NCBI GenBank assembly: GCA_965249285.1
Contig: OZ252226.1
Span: forward strand, 1,346,891-1,410,890
Length of the DNA: 64,000 nucleotides
From: Candidatus Foliamicus sp.
GTDB lineage: Bacteria > Pseudomonadota > Gammaproteobacteria > Steroidobacterales > Foliamicaceae
Reading direction: 5' to 3'
In this document: positions 10,738-20,373 of the stretch, piece after piece
Layout of the letters: the number at the start of each line of letters is the position of its first letter
Position numbering within the stretch: the first letter of the stretch is position 1
The notes under the pieces: generated by a model
Told to the model about the DNA's origin: nothing
Seen by the model: the letters and a program-made list of their open reading frames with translations, nothing else
The model's database searches: none
Made by a program: the position numbers and the translations under genes

Positions 10738-12017
10738 AGAGCTGGTCCCGGTCTTTAAGACAGAGAGATAAGTGTAGGCTTTGCCCTAAGGCGGGGGGAC
10801 CGCCAAATGGAGCGAAGAAAGAGTGAGGAGACCGAGAAGGAACCACCGCCCCCAGTTCAAGGCGCGAGTGGCGCTGGCGGCAGTGAAGGGCGAGAAGACA
10901 CTGGCGGAGTTGTCGTCGCAGTTGGACGTGCACCCGAACCAGATCACGCAATGGAAGAGTCAGCTCCTGGAGCAAGCGGCGTCGGTATTCAACGGCGGGA
11001 GATCTCGGACCGAGGAGCCGGTGGATCTGAAGGCTTTGCACGCGAAGATCGGGGAGTTGGCGCTGGAGAACGATTTTTTAGAAAGCGCGCTCATCAAGGC
11101 GGGCCTGCTGAGCGCAAAGCGATGATCGACCCGGGTCACAAGCTATCAATCAGCCGACAGGCGAAGATCCTCAAGATCTCGCGTTCGTCGGTTTACTACA
11201 CGCCCCGGCCCGTGTCGCCGGCGGACTTAGAACTGATGAAGGCGATCGACCGGCTGCATCTGGAGGCACCCTATGCCGGGAGCCGGATGAGGAAGAAACT
11301 CCTTCGCGCTGAAGGCTTCAAGGTCGGGCGCCGCCATGTCAGGACGCTGATGCGGAAGATGGGCATCGAGGCCTTGTATCGCAAGAAGAACACGTCGCGC
11401 CGACATCCGGGCCACAAGGTCTTTCCGTATCTGCTTAGAGGTCGAACGATCACCGAGGCCAATCAAGTCTGGGCGCTCGATATCCCGTACATCCCGATGG
11501 CCCGCGGCTTCGTCTATTTCGTCGGCGTCATGGACTGGGCGACCCGGAGAATCTTGTCCTGGCGGCTCTCGACGACGCGGACGACGGACTTTTGTGTCGA
11601 GGCGCTGGAGGACGCGATTAGCCGTTATGGGAAGCCTCAGGTCGTCAACACCGACCAGGGCAGCCAGTTCACGAGTGCGGCGTTCGTCGAGCTCGTGCAC
11701 GGCCACGGAATCTCTCTCAGCATGGACGGCAAGGGGGCTTGGAAGGACAACGTCTTCATCGAGCGATTTTGGCGGACGCTGAAATACGAGGAAGTCTATT
11801 TGCGAGCCTATGAGAGCGTCTTGGCAGCGAGACAATCAATTACCCGGTATCTCGCGTTCTACAATGGCCGTCATCCGCATACCGCGAATGGCGACTTAAC
11901 GCCGGATGCGGCGTACTTTGGCGTGCTGTCGATTAACCAGGTAGCATAATCATGAAACCGCAAGGCCCATCACCTATCGACGACTGAAAAACTGTCCGAA
12001 AAAGCGGGACCCTCTCT
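10738..12017 (+). mobile_element. IS3-family element (orfA 10823-11125, orfB 11122-11949)
   Basis: Imperfect IRs AGAGCTGGTCCC...GACAG / CTGTCC...GGGACCCTCTCT; DDE motifs NTDQGSQF and ERFWRTLKYE; no TSD visible. Confidence 0.92.
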
Positions 12018-12646
12018 CCCGCCGCGCAACTGCAAGGCGCTGATCCGGAATATCCGCTCACTCCCGGCCGCGAGGGGTAATGGGCGCGCTCAGCGCCTGG
12101 CGAACTATCTACTGGATGAGGTGCGTCTAGCGGCGATCCGCTGCACGGTTATTAACAGGGGCGTTTCTTCCACGGCTATTACCGGTGCTACTGTTATCTG
12201 CCGCTGTATATCTCTTGCGGCGAGCATTTGCTGTGTGCGCGGCGGCGGAGTTGTAATAGATTGTATCTTATTGTTTTATAAACGTTTTTTTTCTACCTCG
12301 AATTTTCTTCCCCCACATTTGTTCCAACGCGGGTGACTGGCGCCAGACGGTTCTTACAAAATCCGAACGAGCGACACTTGTCGGGTCGGTCCAAGAATGC
12401 CCGAAAAGACCCAATTGCGGAAAATTTCAGAAATCGCATCACTCGTGGGCAAGGATAAGGGGAGACCCTCACATTCATTGCTCACTCCTTCTTACTTGAC
12501 CCTGAATAGAAAGGCCAGAAGAAGATATACATCAAAGCGCGAATAACACGCATCATGTCAATTTCCCCATAGGTTGTAACACTGCTTGAAACTCCATTCC
12601 TGGTAGCTACGATATCCCCTTTGGCCTAATCCCCACAGGCCGCAAT

Positions 12647-12693
12647 TGACCGTTCCCCCTTAATCCGAGCCATTTTGGATTGGGAGACCCTCA
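12647..12693. repeat. 47-bp dispersed element, copy 2
   Basis: Near-identical to 6602-6648; lies upstream of dinJ-yafQ. Confidence 0.8.
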
Positions 12694-12781
12694 GCCAAAA
12701 AGGGCAACTGCAATACCGGACAGATCATTTGTAGCAAATACGGACACTTTATGTGCTCTCTACAGTTCCTAACATCCCGAC

Positions 12782-12818
12782 TTGAAATAATGGTCTTTTT
12801 GCATGACAATGTAATACA
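12782..12818 (+). promoter_or_regulatory. Putative promoter/operator of the RelB/DinJ-YafQ operon
   Basis: TTGAAA-17-GACAAT followed by the palindrome TGTA-A-TACA. Confidence 0.45.
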
Positions 12819-12846
12819 AGGTTCCAATCACTCAGGTTGACTAGCA

Positions 12847-13107
12847 TGGCCAATCAACTCGTTCAGGCGCGCGTCAACAAGGACGTCAAGGAACAGGCTT
12901 CCGTAGTCTTGGCCGCTTATGGGCCTGACTGTCTCCGACGCCGTTCGACTTCTGCTAACGCGGGTCGCGCGAGAGAAAGCGCTGCCATTCGCGCCGCTCA
13001 TCCCCAATGCCGAAACCATCGCCGCCATGCAGGAGGCGCAAGCCGGCAAACTTGCGCGATTCGACGACGTTCAGAGTCTTCTCGACGACCTGCATGCGGA
13101 CGGTTGA
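12847..13107 (+). pseudogene. dinJ: RelB/DinJ antitoxin with a +1 frameshift
   Basis: MANQLVQARVNKDVKEQASVVLAA, then an extra T, then MGLTVSDAVRLLLTRVAREKALPF...PNAETIAAM. Confidence 0.85.
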
Positions 13108-13375
13108 GCGGACGCGTCAATTCAAGCGCGACTACAAGCGGGAGTCCCGCGGTCGTCATCGCACCGACCTCGATGAACGACTGGCCGTAATCGTACAGGC
13201 TCTTGCGAGCGACGATATGCTTGAACCACACCACCATGACCATGCGCTCAGCGGCCTGTGGGCCGACTTCCGTGACTGCCACCTTAGACCGGATCTGGTG
13301 CTTATCTACCAGAAGCCAGATGCACGGACGCTCCGGCTCGTTCGCGTTGGATCGCACGCCGAACTCGGACTGTGA
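13094..13375 (+). CDS. yafQ: YafQ-family mRNA interferase toxin
   Basis: MRTVERTRQFKRDYKR...DHALSG...RDCHLRPDLVLIY...RVGSHAEL. Confidence 0.92.
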   Translation: MRTVERTRQFKRDYKRESRGRHRTDLDERLAVIVQALASDDMLEPHHHDHALSGLWADFRDCHLRPDLVLIYQKPDARTLRLVRVGSHAELGL

Positions 13376-13666
13376 GGTCGATGCGCGAGAATGGTTCCAT
13401 CAACTCGTGTCGCCTCGGCGAGGGTACCTATTCCGCGTTGCGCAGCAAAATCGCGGGCAGAAGATCAAAGTCGCAAGGACCAGCCCGATGGGCGTGCTGT
13501 CCACTCCGCGAATGGTCAGCACAACTGCACGCTAAATCACCCCATTTGAGTCCGCAAGTCGGAGCATTTCCTTCTTTCGTGTAGATGTATTGGCTGCCTC
13601 GAATCCGTCTCCACCGCCACCCTCAAGACTCAAGCAACTGGCAAAACCGCTTCCCGCTAACAGCTT

Positions 13667-13870
13667 TCAAACCGCCACTTCAATAACTCGATCCGTCTCC
13701 GAGATCGGGATGTCCTGAATTTCGACGGACAGACAGCTTTCAATCGCCTCATGTATGTTCCTGCGCAACTCTTCCAAGGAATCTCCCTGGGTAACGCACC
13801 CGGGCACGGCGGGAACTTCGGCCCAATATCCGCCTTCCTCAGCCTCATGGACTACAACTTTCAAGTTCAT
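13667..13870 (-). CDS. hicB: HicB-family antitoxin (orphan, N-terminal domain only)
   Basis: EEGGYWAEVPAVPGCVTQGDSLEELRRNIHEAIE; no intact hicA upstream. Confidence 0.85.
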   Translation of the reverse strand: MNLKVVVHEAEEGGYWAEVPAVPGCVTQGDSLEELRRNIHEAIESCLSVEIQDIPISETDRVIEVAV

Positions 13871-14285
13871 GGCAATCCCTCCAAAGCAGGTCAACTACTC
13901 GCCGTGTTCAAGTGCACGGGCGAGCCCGCTTAGCATTCCTCCGACCGCCCTGGGCGGCAGGAAGAGGTGGTGGAGGGCTTGCAGCCTTTCCGGATCCACC
14001 CTCCGTTACCAATCACATGCGTAATCCGTTGATTTACCGAGCCTTGCGAACGTCGACGGGTAGTTTTGCGGGGTCCCGATGGTGGAAGCCAAATTGTGCC
14101 CGAGTTCTCCGCCAGTCGTATGACTATCGATTTTGGCAGTTAATGCCGATTCCCACCTCCCAGTCAAAGGAGTTGCCTCTCCGATCTATCGGCCAGGATA
14201 GAGATATGTGCAGAATACGGCTTACTTTATTTCATTAGGTAAGGACTTATTGTATATTACAAGGCGATTAGAGGAGGTGCAGCTA

Positions 14286-14518
14286 TGATCGAGTCCTCGA
14301 TTACCAAGAAGGGGCAGACAACGCTCCCCAAGCCCGTGCGGGAGACACTTGGCGTACAGGCTGGGGACCGCGTGCGCTACGTCATTGCCGACGGCGAAGT
14401 ACGCATTCTGCCGGTGCGCCCTATTGGCCGGTTGTTCGGCGCCCTACAGCATGACGGCCCCGCGGTCACTGTGGAGGAGATGGAACAAGCCGTGGCCGAC
14501 GGCGCGGCTGAGGGATGA
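14286..14518 (+). CDS. AbrB/MazE-type antitoxin (VapB)
   Basis: SSITKKGQTTLPKPVRETLGVQAGDRVRY. Confidence 0.9.
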
Positions 14519-14907
14519 TCGCACTCGATACCAACGTCCTCGTCCGCTATCTGGTACGCGACGACGTACAGCAGGCGCAGGCCGCCCGAGCGCTGCTGGA
14601 CTCGCTTACGGCGGAACGTCCCGGCTATGTCTGCCGCGAGGTGACCGTCGAGCTCGTGTGGGTGCTGGAACGGGCCTACGGCTTCGCCCGCGAACGGATT
14701 GCGACGATAGTCGAAGAACTCGTGGCGACCGAGGGTCTTGTGATTGAGGAGGCTGACGACGTCGCCCGTGCGGCGTTCCGATACCGGGCAGCTGGCGCGG
14801 GATTTTCCGACCTGATGATCTTGGCCGCGGCCGAACGATCCGGTGCTCACCCCCTGTACACCTTCGATCAGAAGGCTGCACGGCTTGAGGGCGCGTCGCT
14901 GCTGTAG
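14515..14907 (+). CDS. vapC: VapC PIN-domain toxin
   Basis: IALDTNVLVR...ELVWVL...FSDLMI...LYTFDQKA; ATGA overlap with the antitoxin. Confidence 0.92.
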   Translation: MIALDTNVLVRYLVRDDVQQAQAARALLDSLTAERPGYVCREVTVELVWVLERAYGFARERIATIVEELVATEGLVIEEADDVARAAFRYRAAGAGFSDLMILAAAERSGAHPLYTFDQKAARLEGASLL

Positions 14908-14948
14908 GCCCTGCAGATGTTTCAAGCCAAATACCATGAGGTCACTCT

Positions 14949-15767
14949 GTGAGTAAGGCGATATTTCGAGAGACGATAGAGGTCTGTGATCGGGCCTTTC
15001 GGATGCTAGAAGCGCGAATTCCCGTCCCCGTTCGTGTGCCTTACGGTAATGATTTTGTGTTTCGCTACGAGAAACACACTCCAGAAATTGTAGCTATCCA
15101 GAAACTGAGTCGACTATCAACCGGACTCAAGGCAAGCACGGCTTTATTGGATCTCGGCTTCTACCAGGAGCTTGGCGCCATATTCAGAATGCTTGACGAG
15201 TTTAGAGAAGACGTACAGCTCATGTGGGATGCTATCCGCAATCAAGGTATCTCGGATGTACAACAGCAGTTTATCGATGAGTTTTTTCAGGAAGAATTCG
15301 ATTCGGCCAGTCCTTTGGAATCAACGCAGAAGAGACACAGGGTTCCTCGAGCCAAGATTCAAGCTGCAATCGCGAAAATGGGTGCGAAGGTGCTTAATCC
15401 GAGTGACGCTCATAAAGTCGCCCGAACTTTGGCGAATACGTTTTCCGGCTATGTACATGGTTCATCTGTGCACATACTCGAAATGTGTGAAGGAGATCCG
15501 CCTCGTTACTACCTGAACGGTATGCGGGGCACAAGACATCAAGAAACGTTCGAGAAGACCACGTTGAAGCATTTCCACCGTTCGCTCGGTGCATTCTTCG
15601 ACGCTGCAATGGCATTTGGCATTGATGATCTTGCCCACGATCTCCGACAGTTCATGGAAGAATATTACGGAAGAACACCACAGTACTCTCTTGAGGAGAA
15701 AGTTCGAGAAATGCGCGGCGATTCGTCTGGTGCAGGCGACGGCATGGGAAGTAGTAAAAACGAATGA
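14949..15767 (+). CDS. Hypothetical helical protein, possibly HEPN-like (DUF5677/AbiU-type)
   Basis: 272 aa, lower GC than flanks; AIFRMLDE and FSGYVHG motifs. Confidence 0.55.
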   Translation: MSKAIFRETIEVCDRAFRMLEARIPVPVRVPYGNDFVFRYEKHTPEIVAIQKLSRLSTGLKASTALLDLGFYQELGAIFRMLDEFREDVQLMWDAIRNQGISDVQQQFIDEFFQEEFDSASPLESTQKRHRVPRAKIQAAIAKMGAKVLNPSDAHKVARTLANTFSGYVHGSSVHILEMCEGDPPRYYLNGMRGTRHQETFEKTTLKHFHRSLGAFFDAAMAFGIDDLAHDLRQFMEEYYGRTPQYSLEEKVREMRGDSSGAGDGMGSSKNE

Positions 15768-15797
15768 GGAGTGAGTGCCCTGAAAGTTGTATGCACT

Positions 15798-16300
15798 TCA
15801 CCCAATGAGCCGCATGGTGACGCGCCCCATCGAGGGAATGCGCAGAACCGTCCCCACCTTGAGTTCTAGAGGAAAGATCTCGTTCCGGTCATCGAGGAAG
15901 CGCGCATATATAAAAGGTGTGGCGCAAACGGCGCGTGGCCGGCTTCGATCGCCTTGCGACACAGGCGTTCGGCGACGACTACGTTCTTGGCCGTGTGCCC
16001 AGCGAATCGGCTGCACACGAATGTCCGCTTTAACCCAACTCACAGCGTCTCGTAGTGTCGGGTCTTGCGTTCGCGGATGTCCCGATACATCGACTGGGCG
16101 ACCTGACGGCCGGCCAGGTTCGTCGTGACGGAGACCTCGATGGGCCGTTCGGACAGCGCATCGAGTTTCCCGAGCACAGCGTCCAGGAGCGAACGCAGGT
16201 TCTCACCAGCCGGTTAGCCCCCTGTACCGGCGGTGCCCAGTGTGAGCACGCCCCGGCTCCCGGCAAGCAGGCGCGATGGTTCCAGCGTCGGAGCCAATGG
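15798..16300 (-). pseudogene. Phage tail remnants (tape-measure C-terminus plus a tail/LysM-like fragment)
   Basis: EVSVTTNLAGRQVAQSMYRDIRERKTRHYETL* followed by ...NEIFPLELKVGTVLRIPS; upper boundary approximate. Confidence 0.45.
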
Positions 16301-16508
16301 TGCCGCCGCGACCGCCGATTCCGTTCTCAACAAGGTCACTCCTTGTTGCGGGACTTGCTCTGCGATCACCGGGGTCAGCGCCAGGGTGCCGGAGAGTATC
16401 GCCGGCGTGGCGATCCGTCCCGGCCCTGTCGCCGGTTACCTACCGGAGGTCGGTGGCGACTGTCGGGAGGTCAGCAAACCCGGATTCAGGCCGGAGAGGA
16501 AGATCGAT

Positions 16509-16838
16509 TTCTGGACGAGCCGCTCGAACTCTCGGATGTTCACGACCGAGCACAGCGCGTGTTCCCGCAACTCCTGAAAATGGCTACTTCGGCTCAATTC
16601 ATTGATATAAAACAGATTAGCCCGTCTGGACGAGGTTTGGGCGAAATCCAAAAGGAATGGAGAATGCGGGCCGAACAGAGAATAAGAGGCGGCGGAACAG
16701 GCCGAATTCGACCGGTGGGGAATGAAGCCGGAGTGATGGGAAGCACCCCCAATCCCTTTGAAATCAAGGGGATTTTGGACACTCGTCTCTCCAGAGAGCT
16801 ACCCTGGGAAGACGTGTTGTGCGTCGAAAAATGGTGGA
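16509..16838. repeat. ~330-bp diverged direct repeat of 20052-20380 (att-proximal arm)
   Basis: Colinear similarity throughout; the last 30 nt, AAGACGTGTTGTGCGTCGAAAAATGGTGGA, are identical. Confidence 0.88.
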
Positions 16839-17179
16839 AGGCTTGCAGACTTCCCGCAATCCACGCTCCCTTACCACCTACATACGTAATACGTTGATAT
16901 AAAGGGGCTTCCGATCCCTAACGGGTGGTTCTCCGAACTCCCCATCCCGGAAGTCCTTTTGATCGACATTTCCCCCAATGGAGGAACCATGGATCGTGAC
17001 GTCCGAGCCGCACGGGCGGAAATGGTGTAAACACTACTTCCGCTGACGACTTTCGGACGTGGGGTCGATTCCCAATGGTTCAAATTAGTCGCTTCTCCGA
17101 CACGGGGCCAGAATACCCGGGTCGTCGTTCTGGACCCTGTTCACCCTGGTGCTGAGGGCGTGCCGCTCGGAGGGGAGAC

Positions 17180-17554
17180 CTACCTTGGCCACAAACGCCG
17201 CTGCCCGACACAGAGGTAGATGGCGCCGGCGTAGAACTCCTGGTACAGGACCTCGTCCAGGTGCCGCCTGACTGAATCCCAAGGCGTTCGCTTGGCATAG
17301 TCAGGGCTCACTCCAAAGGGCCGTAGGAACCAGGCTCCGAAACGAACCGTCCACTCCGGCCGCCCTTCCGGTCGCCTCATCTCCAAGATGGCCAGGCAGC
17401 CCCCGGGCGCAGCACCTCCGCCGCCCGCCGAATAGCTCCGTGGTAGTCATCCACCATGGTCATCGCGAAGGCGGATAACACGCCTCCTATGTTGCCCGGA
17501 AACTCATAGTCGGCCACATCGGACTCAACCAGGGTGACATTCGCCCATCCCGCG
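17180..17554 (-). pseudogene. C-terminal half of a class I SAM methyltransferase
   Basis: AGWANVTLVESDVADYEFP...AAEVLRPG(frameshift)LAILEMRRPEG...RPFGVS...PWDSVRRHL...IYLCVG. Confidence 0.72.
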
Positions 17555-18453
17555 GGATTGGTTGGTCAAGTTCCTTGAGCACCGCATCGGCAACAGACGG
17601 GTCATCCGTCTGATTCGAAAATGGCTGAACGCTGACGTCATGGACGGTGGGTCATGGACTGACACGGGCATGGGCACGCCGCAGGGGGCAATTGTTTCCT
17701 CCGTGCTGGCGGACGTGTTCCTGCATTACGTGCTCGACCTGTGGTTTCACAAGAAATGGCGTCGGAGAGTCCCGGATGGCGAAGCGATGATCGTTCGTTA
17801 TGCTGACGATATCGTCGTCGGGTTCCAACACAAGCGGGATGCGGAGAGATGCCTCCGCGACGTCCGAGAGAGGCTGACCCGGTTTGGTCTCAGCCTCCAT
17901 CCGGAGAAGACCCGCCTCGTGGAGTTTGGCCGGTTCGCGATGCCGAACCGCCGCCATCGCGGGGGTGGGCAAGCCGGAAACATTCGACTTCCTGGGCTTC
18001 AGGCACTTTTGCACGAGGACCCGGCGAGGTCGCTTCCGGCTTGGTCGCAAACCGGTCGCCAAACGGGTCAACCGGACCCTGGCGCGCATCGACGAGGTGC
18101 TCCGAAAACGTTGGCACCATGACATCTGTGAAGTCGGCACGTGGCTAGGGCGAGTCTATAACGGCTGGCTCAACTACTTTGCCGTTCCGGGGTCAGACCG
18201 GTACATCCGTGCGTTCCGTCGCAGGCTGCAACGCCTGTGGATGCGGGCGCTACGCCGGCGGTCCCAGCGATCTCGCTTCAGTTGGAAGCGGCTGGAACGC
18301 ATGACCGAAATCCTTTGGCCACGCGCATCCATCCGCCACCAATGGCCGGACCAGCGGTTCGCCGTCAAACACCCGAGGTAGGAGCCGGATGGTTTAGCAA
18401 CCATGTCCGGATCTGTGCGGGGGGTACGCAGCAATGCGCATTCCTACCGCAAC
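17555..18453 (+). mobile_element. ltrA: 5'-truncated group II intron: RT/maturase remnant plus RNA domains V and VI
   Basis: GTPQGAIVS, RYADDIV, LHPEKT, FDFLGF and maturase GWLNYF, with a frameshift near 17960; DV GAGCCGGATG...CCGGATCTGTGCGGGG; DVI ending CCTACCGCAAC. Confidence 0.9.
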
Positions 18454-18569
18454 CGAGGGGCGGGGCGCAGCAATGCCACCGCCTACTCGGCCCACGCTTC
18501 ACTTCGGCCAAAATCCATCACGCCTTTGACCCTCCTCAATTGTACGCATTCGACGGACCCGAGAGCACG

Positions 18570-18756
18570 CCCAACTTCACTACGAGCCGGGCTGGCCCGG
18601 CACTTCGAGTTCTACTACTCCCGGCGTCGTCATAGCGCGTTGGGCCGACGCACCCCGGATGTTGTGTACTATGATAAGGTGACCCCAGAAATGGCAGCCT
18701 GATTTTGATGGCAGATTCCGCTAAAGGGGCTGTCCAAGATCCGGGGTCCACTTCTC
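18570..18756 (+). mobile_element. IS3 right-end remnant
   Basis: RAGLARHFEFYYSRRRHSALGRRTPDVVY plus IRR CTGTCCAAGATCCGGGGTCCACTTCT. Confidence 0.7.
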
Positions 18757-18778
18757 TCGCAAGGGAGCGGGCACTCTG

Positions 18779-19714
18779 ATGTACTCGATGCGCGCGAAAA
18801 TTCTTGTCACCGTAGTAGCGTTCGCAGGGTTACCGGCCGGGGCGCAGAATACAGTGGTCCCGGGCGGGTTTCAGGGGCGCTGGGCCAGCGGCCAAGCCCG
18901 ATGCATGACCGCGCACGAAGGCAGCCTCACGGTCTCTGCTAATGAGTTCCTGTTCTACGAGAGTCGCGCCAAAGTCCTCTCTACGCGTCAGATCGGCCGC
19001 CAAGAAGTCGAGTTCGACATGGAGTTCACTGGAGAAGGGCAGACGTGGCACGACGTCGGTCGCTTCTCGCTTTCGTCTGACGCGCGCACGCTGACGGACG
19101 TCACGCGTCCTGATGGCTTTGCCCGCGTCCGGTGCGAACAGATCCCGCTCCCGTCCGTCGACGAGGCGCCCAATGATCCGGATTTCCTCGCCTTCCGCAC
19201 CAGTTTGCTGGACGCGGTGGCCAGCAGAGACTCCGCATACATTCTCTCAATCGTGTCGGGCGGCATCCGCAACTCATTCCGAGGAGATGGAGGCATCGAT
19301 GAGTTCGAGAGGGACTGGCAGCTGGACGCTGATGACAGCCGCTTCTGGACAGAGTTCGGGACGGTGCTTCGGCTGGGCGGCGCCTTCCAGGGCGAGAACA
19401 GCTTCGTGGCGCCTTATACCACGGCGACATGGCCGAACACGTTGGATGGATTCGAACATGCTGCCGTCATTGCTAAGAACGTCAATGTCCGGTCGGAGCC
19501 GTCTCTCACCGCGCCGGTGATTTCAAGAATGAGCTACCAGACTGTGGGGCTTACCAGAGTTCGGCCGCTGGGCGAATGGCTGCCTGTCCGCCTGGCGAAC
19601 GGCGGCACCGGCTATATCAACAAGAGTTACGTGCGAAGCCCAAACAGCTACCGGGCGTTTTTTGAGCGCAGGGATGGGCTATGGGTATTGACTATCTTCA
19701 TTGCCGACGATTGA
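18779..19714 (+). CDS. Exported protein with a C-terminal bacterial SH3 domain
   Basis: Signal peptide AGA/QN; NVNVRSEPS...EWLPVRLANGGTGYINKSYV. Confidence 0.7.
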   Translation: MYSMRAKILVTVVAFAGLPAGAQNTVVPGGFQGRWASGQARCMTAHEGSLTVSANEFLFYESRAKVLSTRQIGRQEVEFDMEFTGEGQTWHDVGRFSLSSDARTLTDVTRPDGFARVRCEQIPLPSVDEAPNDPDFLAFRTSLLDAVASRDSAYILSIVSGGIRNSFRGDGGIDEFERDWQLDADDSRFWTEFGTVLRLGGAFQGENSFVAPYTTATWPNTLDGFEHAAVIAKNVNVRSEPSLTAPVISRMSYQTVGLTRVRPLGEWLPVRLANGGTGYINKSYVRSPNSYRAFFERRDGLWVLTIFIADD

Positions 19715-19922
19715 GTGCGAATATCGGCTTAGAGAACGCAGCAGTCGCTTAGGAGCTTATCACTCGATGGAGTGCTTCCGGCCATTTACGGCCTCGCGAA
19801 GTCGATCATGTTTTGTTGATCGATCGGAAACAGATCCCGAGTGCTCTGGTTCCCCCAGCTCAGCCATTTGCAGCGCAAAGGCATATCGTAAAGACACAGT
19901 TCCATAGTCCGCGAACCCCAAC

Positions 19923-20000
19923 TGTTAGTCGGCGTTGAAAATTGCCCCTCGCCATTCGTTTAAGATCAATGGGTTAACGCGCCGATCGGCGTCCAACCCC
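19923..20000 (+). mobile_element. Solo IS21-like terminal repeat
   Basis: TGTTAGTCGGCGTTGAAAATTGCCCC with an internal second copy GATCGGCGTCCAA. Confidence 0.4.
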
Positions 20001-20373
20001 CACGCCGAATAACAAACTGGACGATTTGATGAGTTCCCACAACTCCCAGTCTTCTGGACGATGGTTCGAACTCTCGGGTGCTCACGACCGAGCACAGGAC
20101 GTGTTCCCACAACCCTCGAAAACGGCGGTTTTCCCTCAACCCGTTGATATCAAATGAGTTAACTCGTCTGGACGAGGTTTGGACGAAGTCCAGAAGGAAC
20201 GGAGAATTCGGGCCAAACAGAGAATGGGAGGCTGCGGAATAGGATGAATCTGGCCGGAGGGAAACGGAGAGGGAAGGATGTGAGGAACGCCTAAACCCTT
20301 TGAAGATAAGGGGTTTTAGGACGCACGCCTCTCCGGGGGGCTACCCTGGAAAGACGTGTTGTGCGTCGAAAAA

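Larger units (their letters stand above)
13968..16838. mobile_element. Decayed integrative element 2 at the tmRNA 3' att site
   Basis: Bounded by TGGTGGA cores at 13968 and 16832; both end regions are homologous to those of element 1; no integrase. Confidence 0.7.

Noticed and set aside
13596-13619. tRNA-like 3' fragment TCGAATCCGTCTCCACCGCCA
   Set aside because: No cloverleaf and no matching partner in the window; too short to support as a tRNA or att site.
6600-15800. Integron cassette array of TA genes
   Set aside because: No integron integrase and no RYYYAAC...GTTRRRY attC pairs found; the genes lie on both strands.
16055-16897. 280-aa plus-strand ORF with a PAAR-like IHRLGD motif
   Set aside because: Its composition is not protein-like and it runs through the non-coding att arm; the opposite strand reads better as a tape-measure C-terminus.
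17555-18381. Retron, DGR or defence reverse transcriptase
   Set aside because: The maturase domain and RNA domains V/VI identify it as a group II intron; no TR/VR pair or msr-msd is seen.
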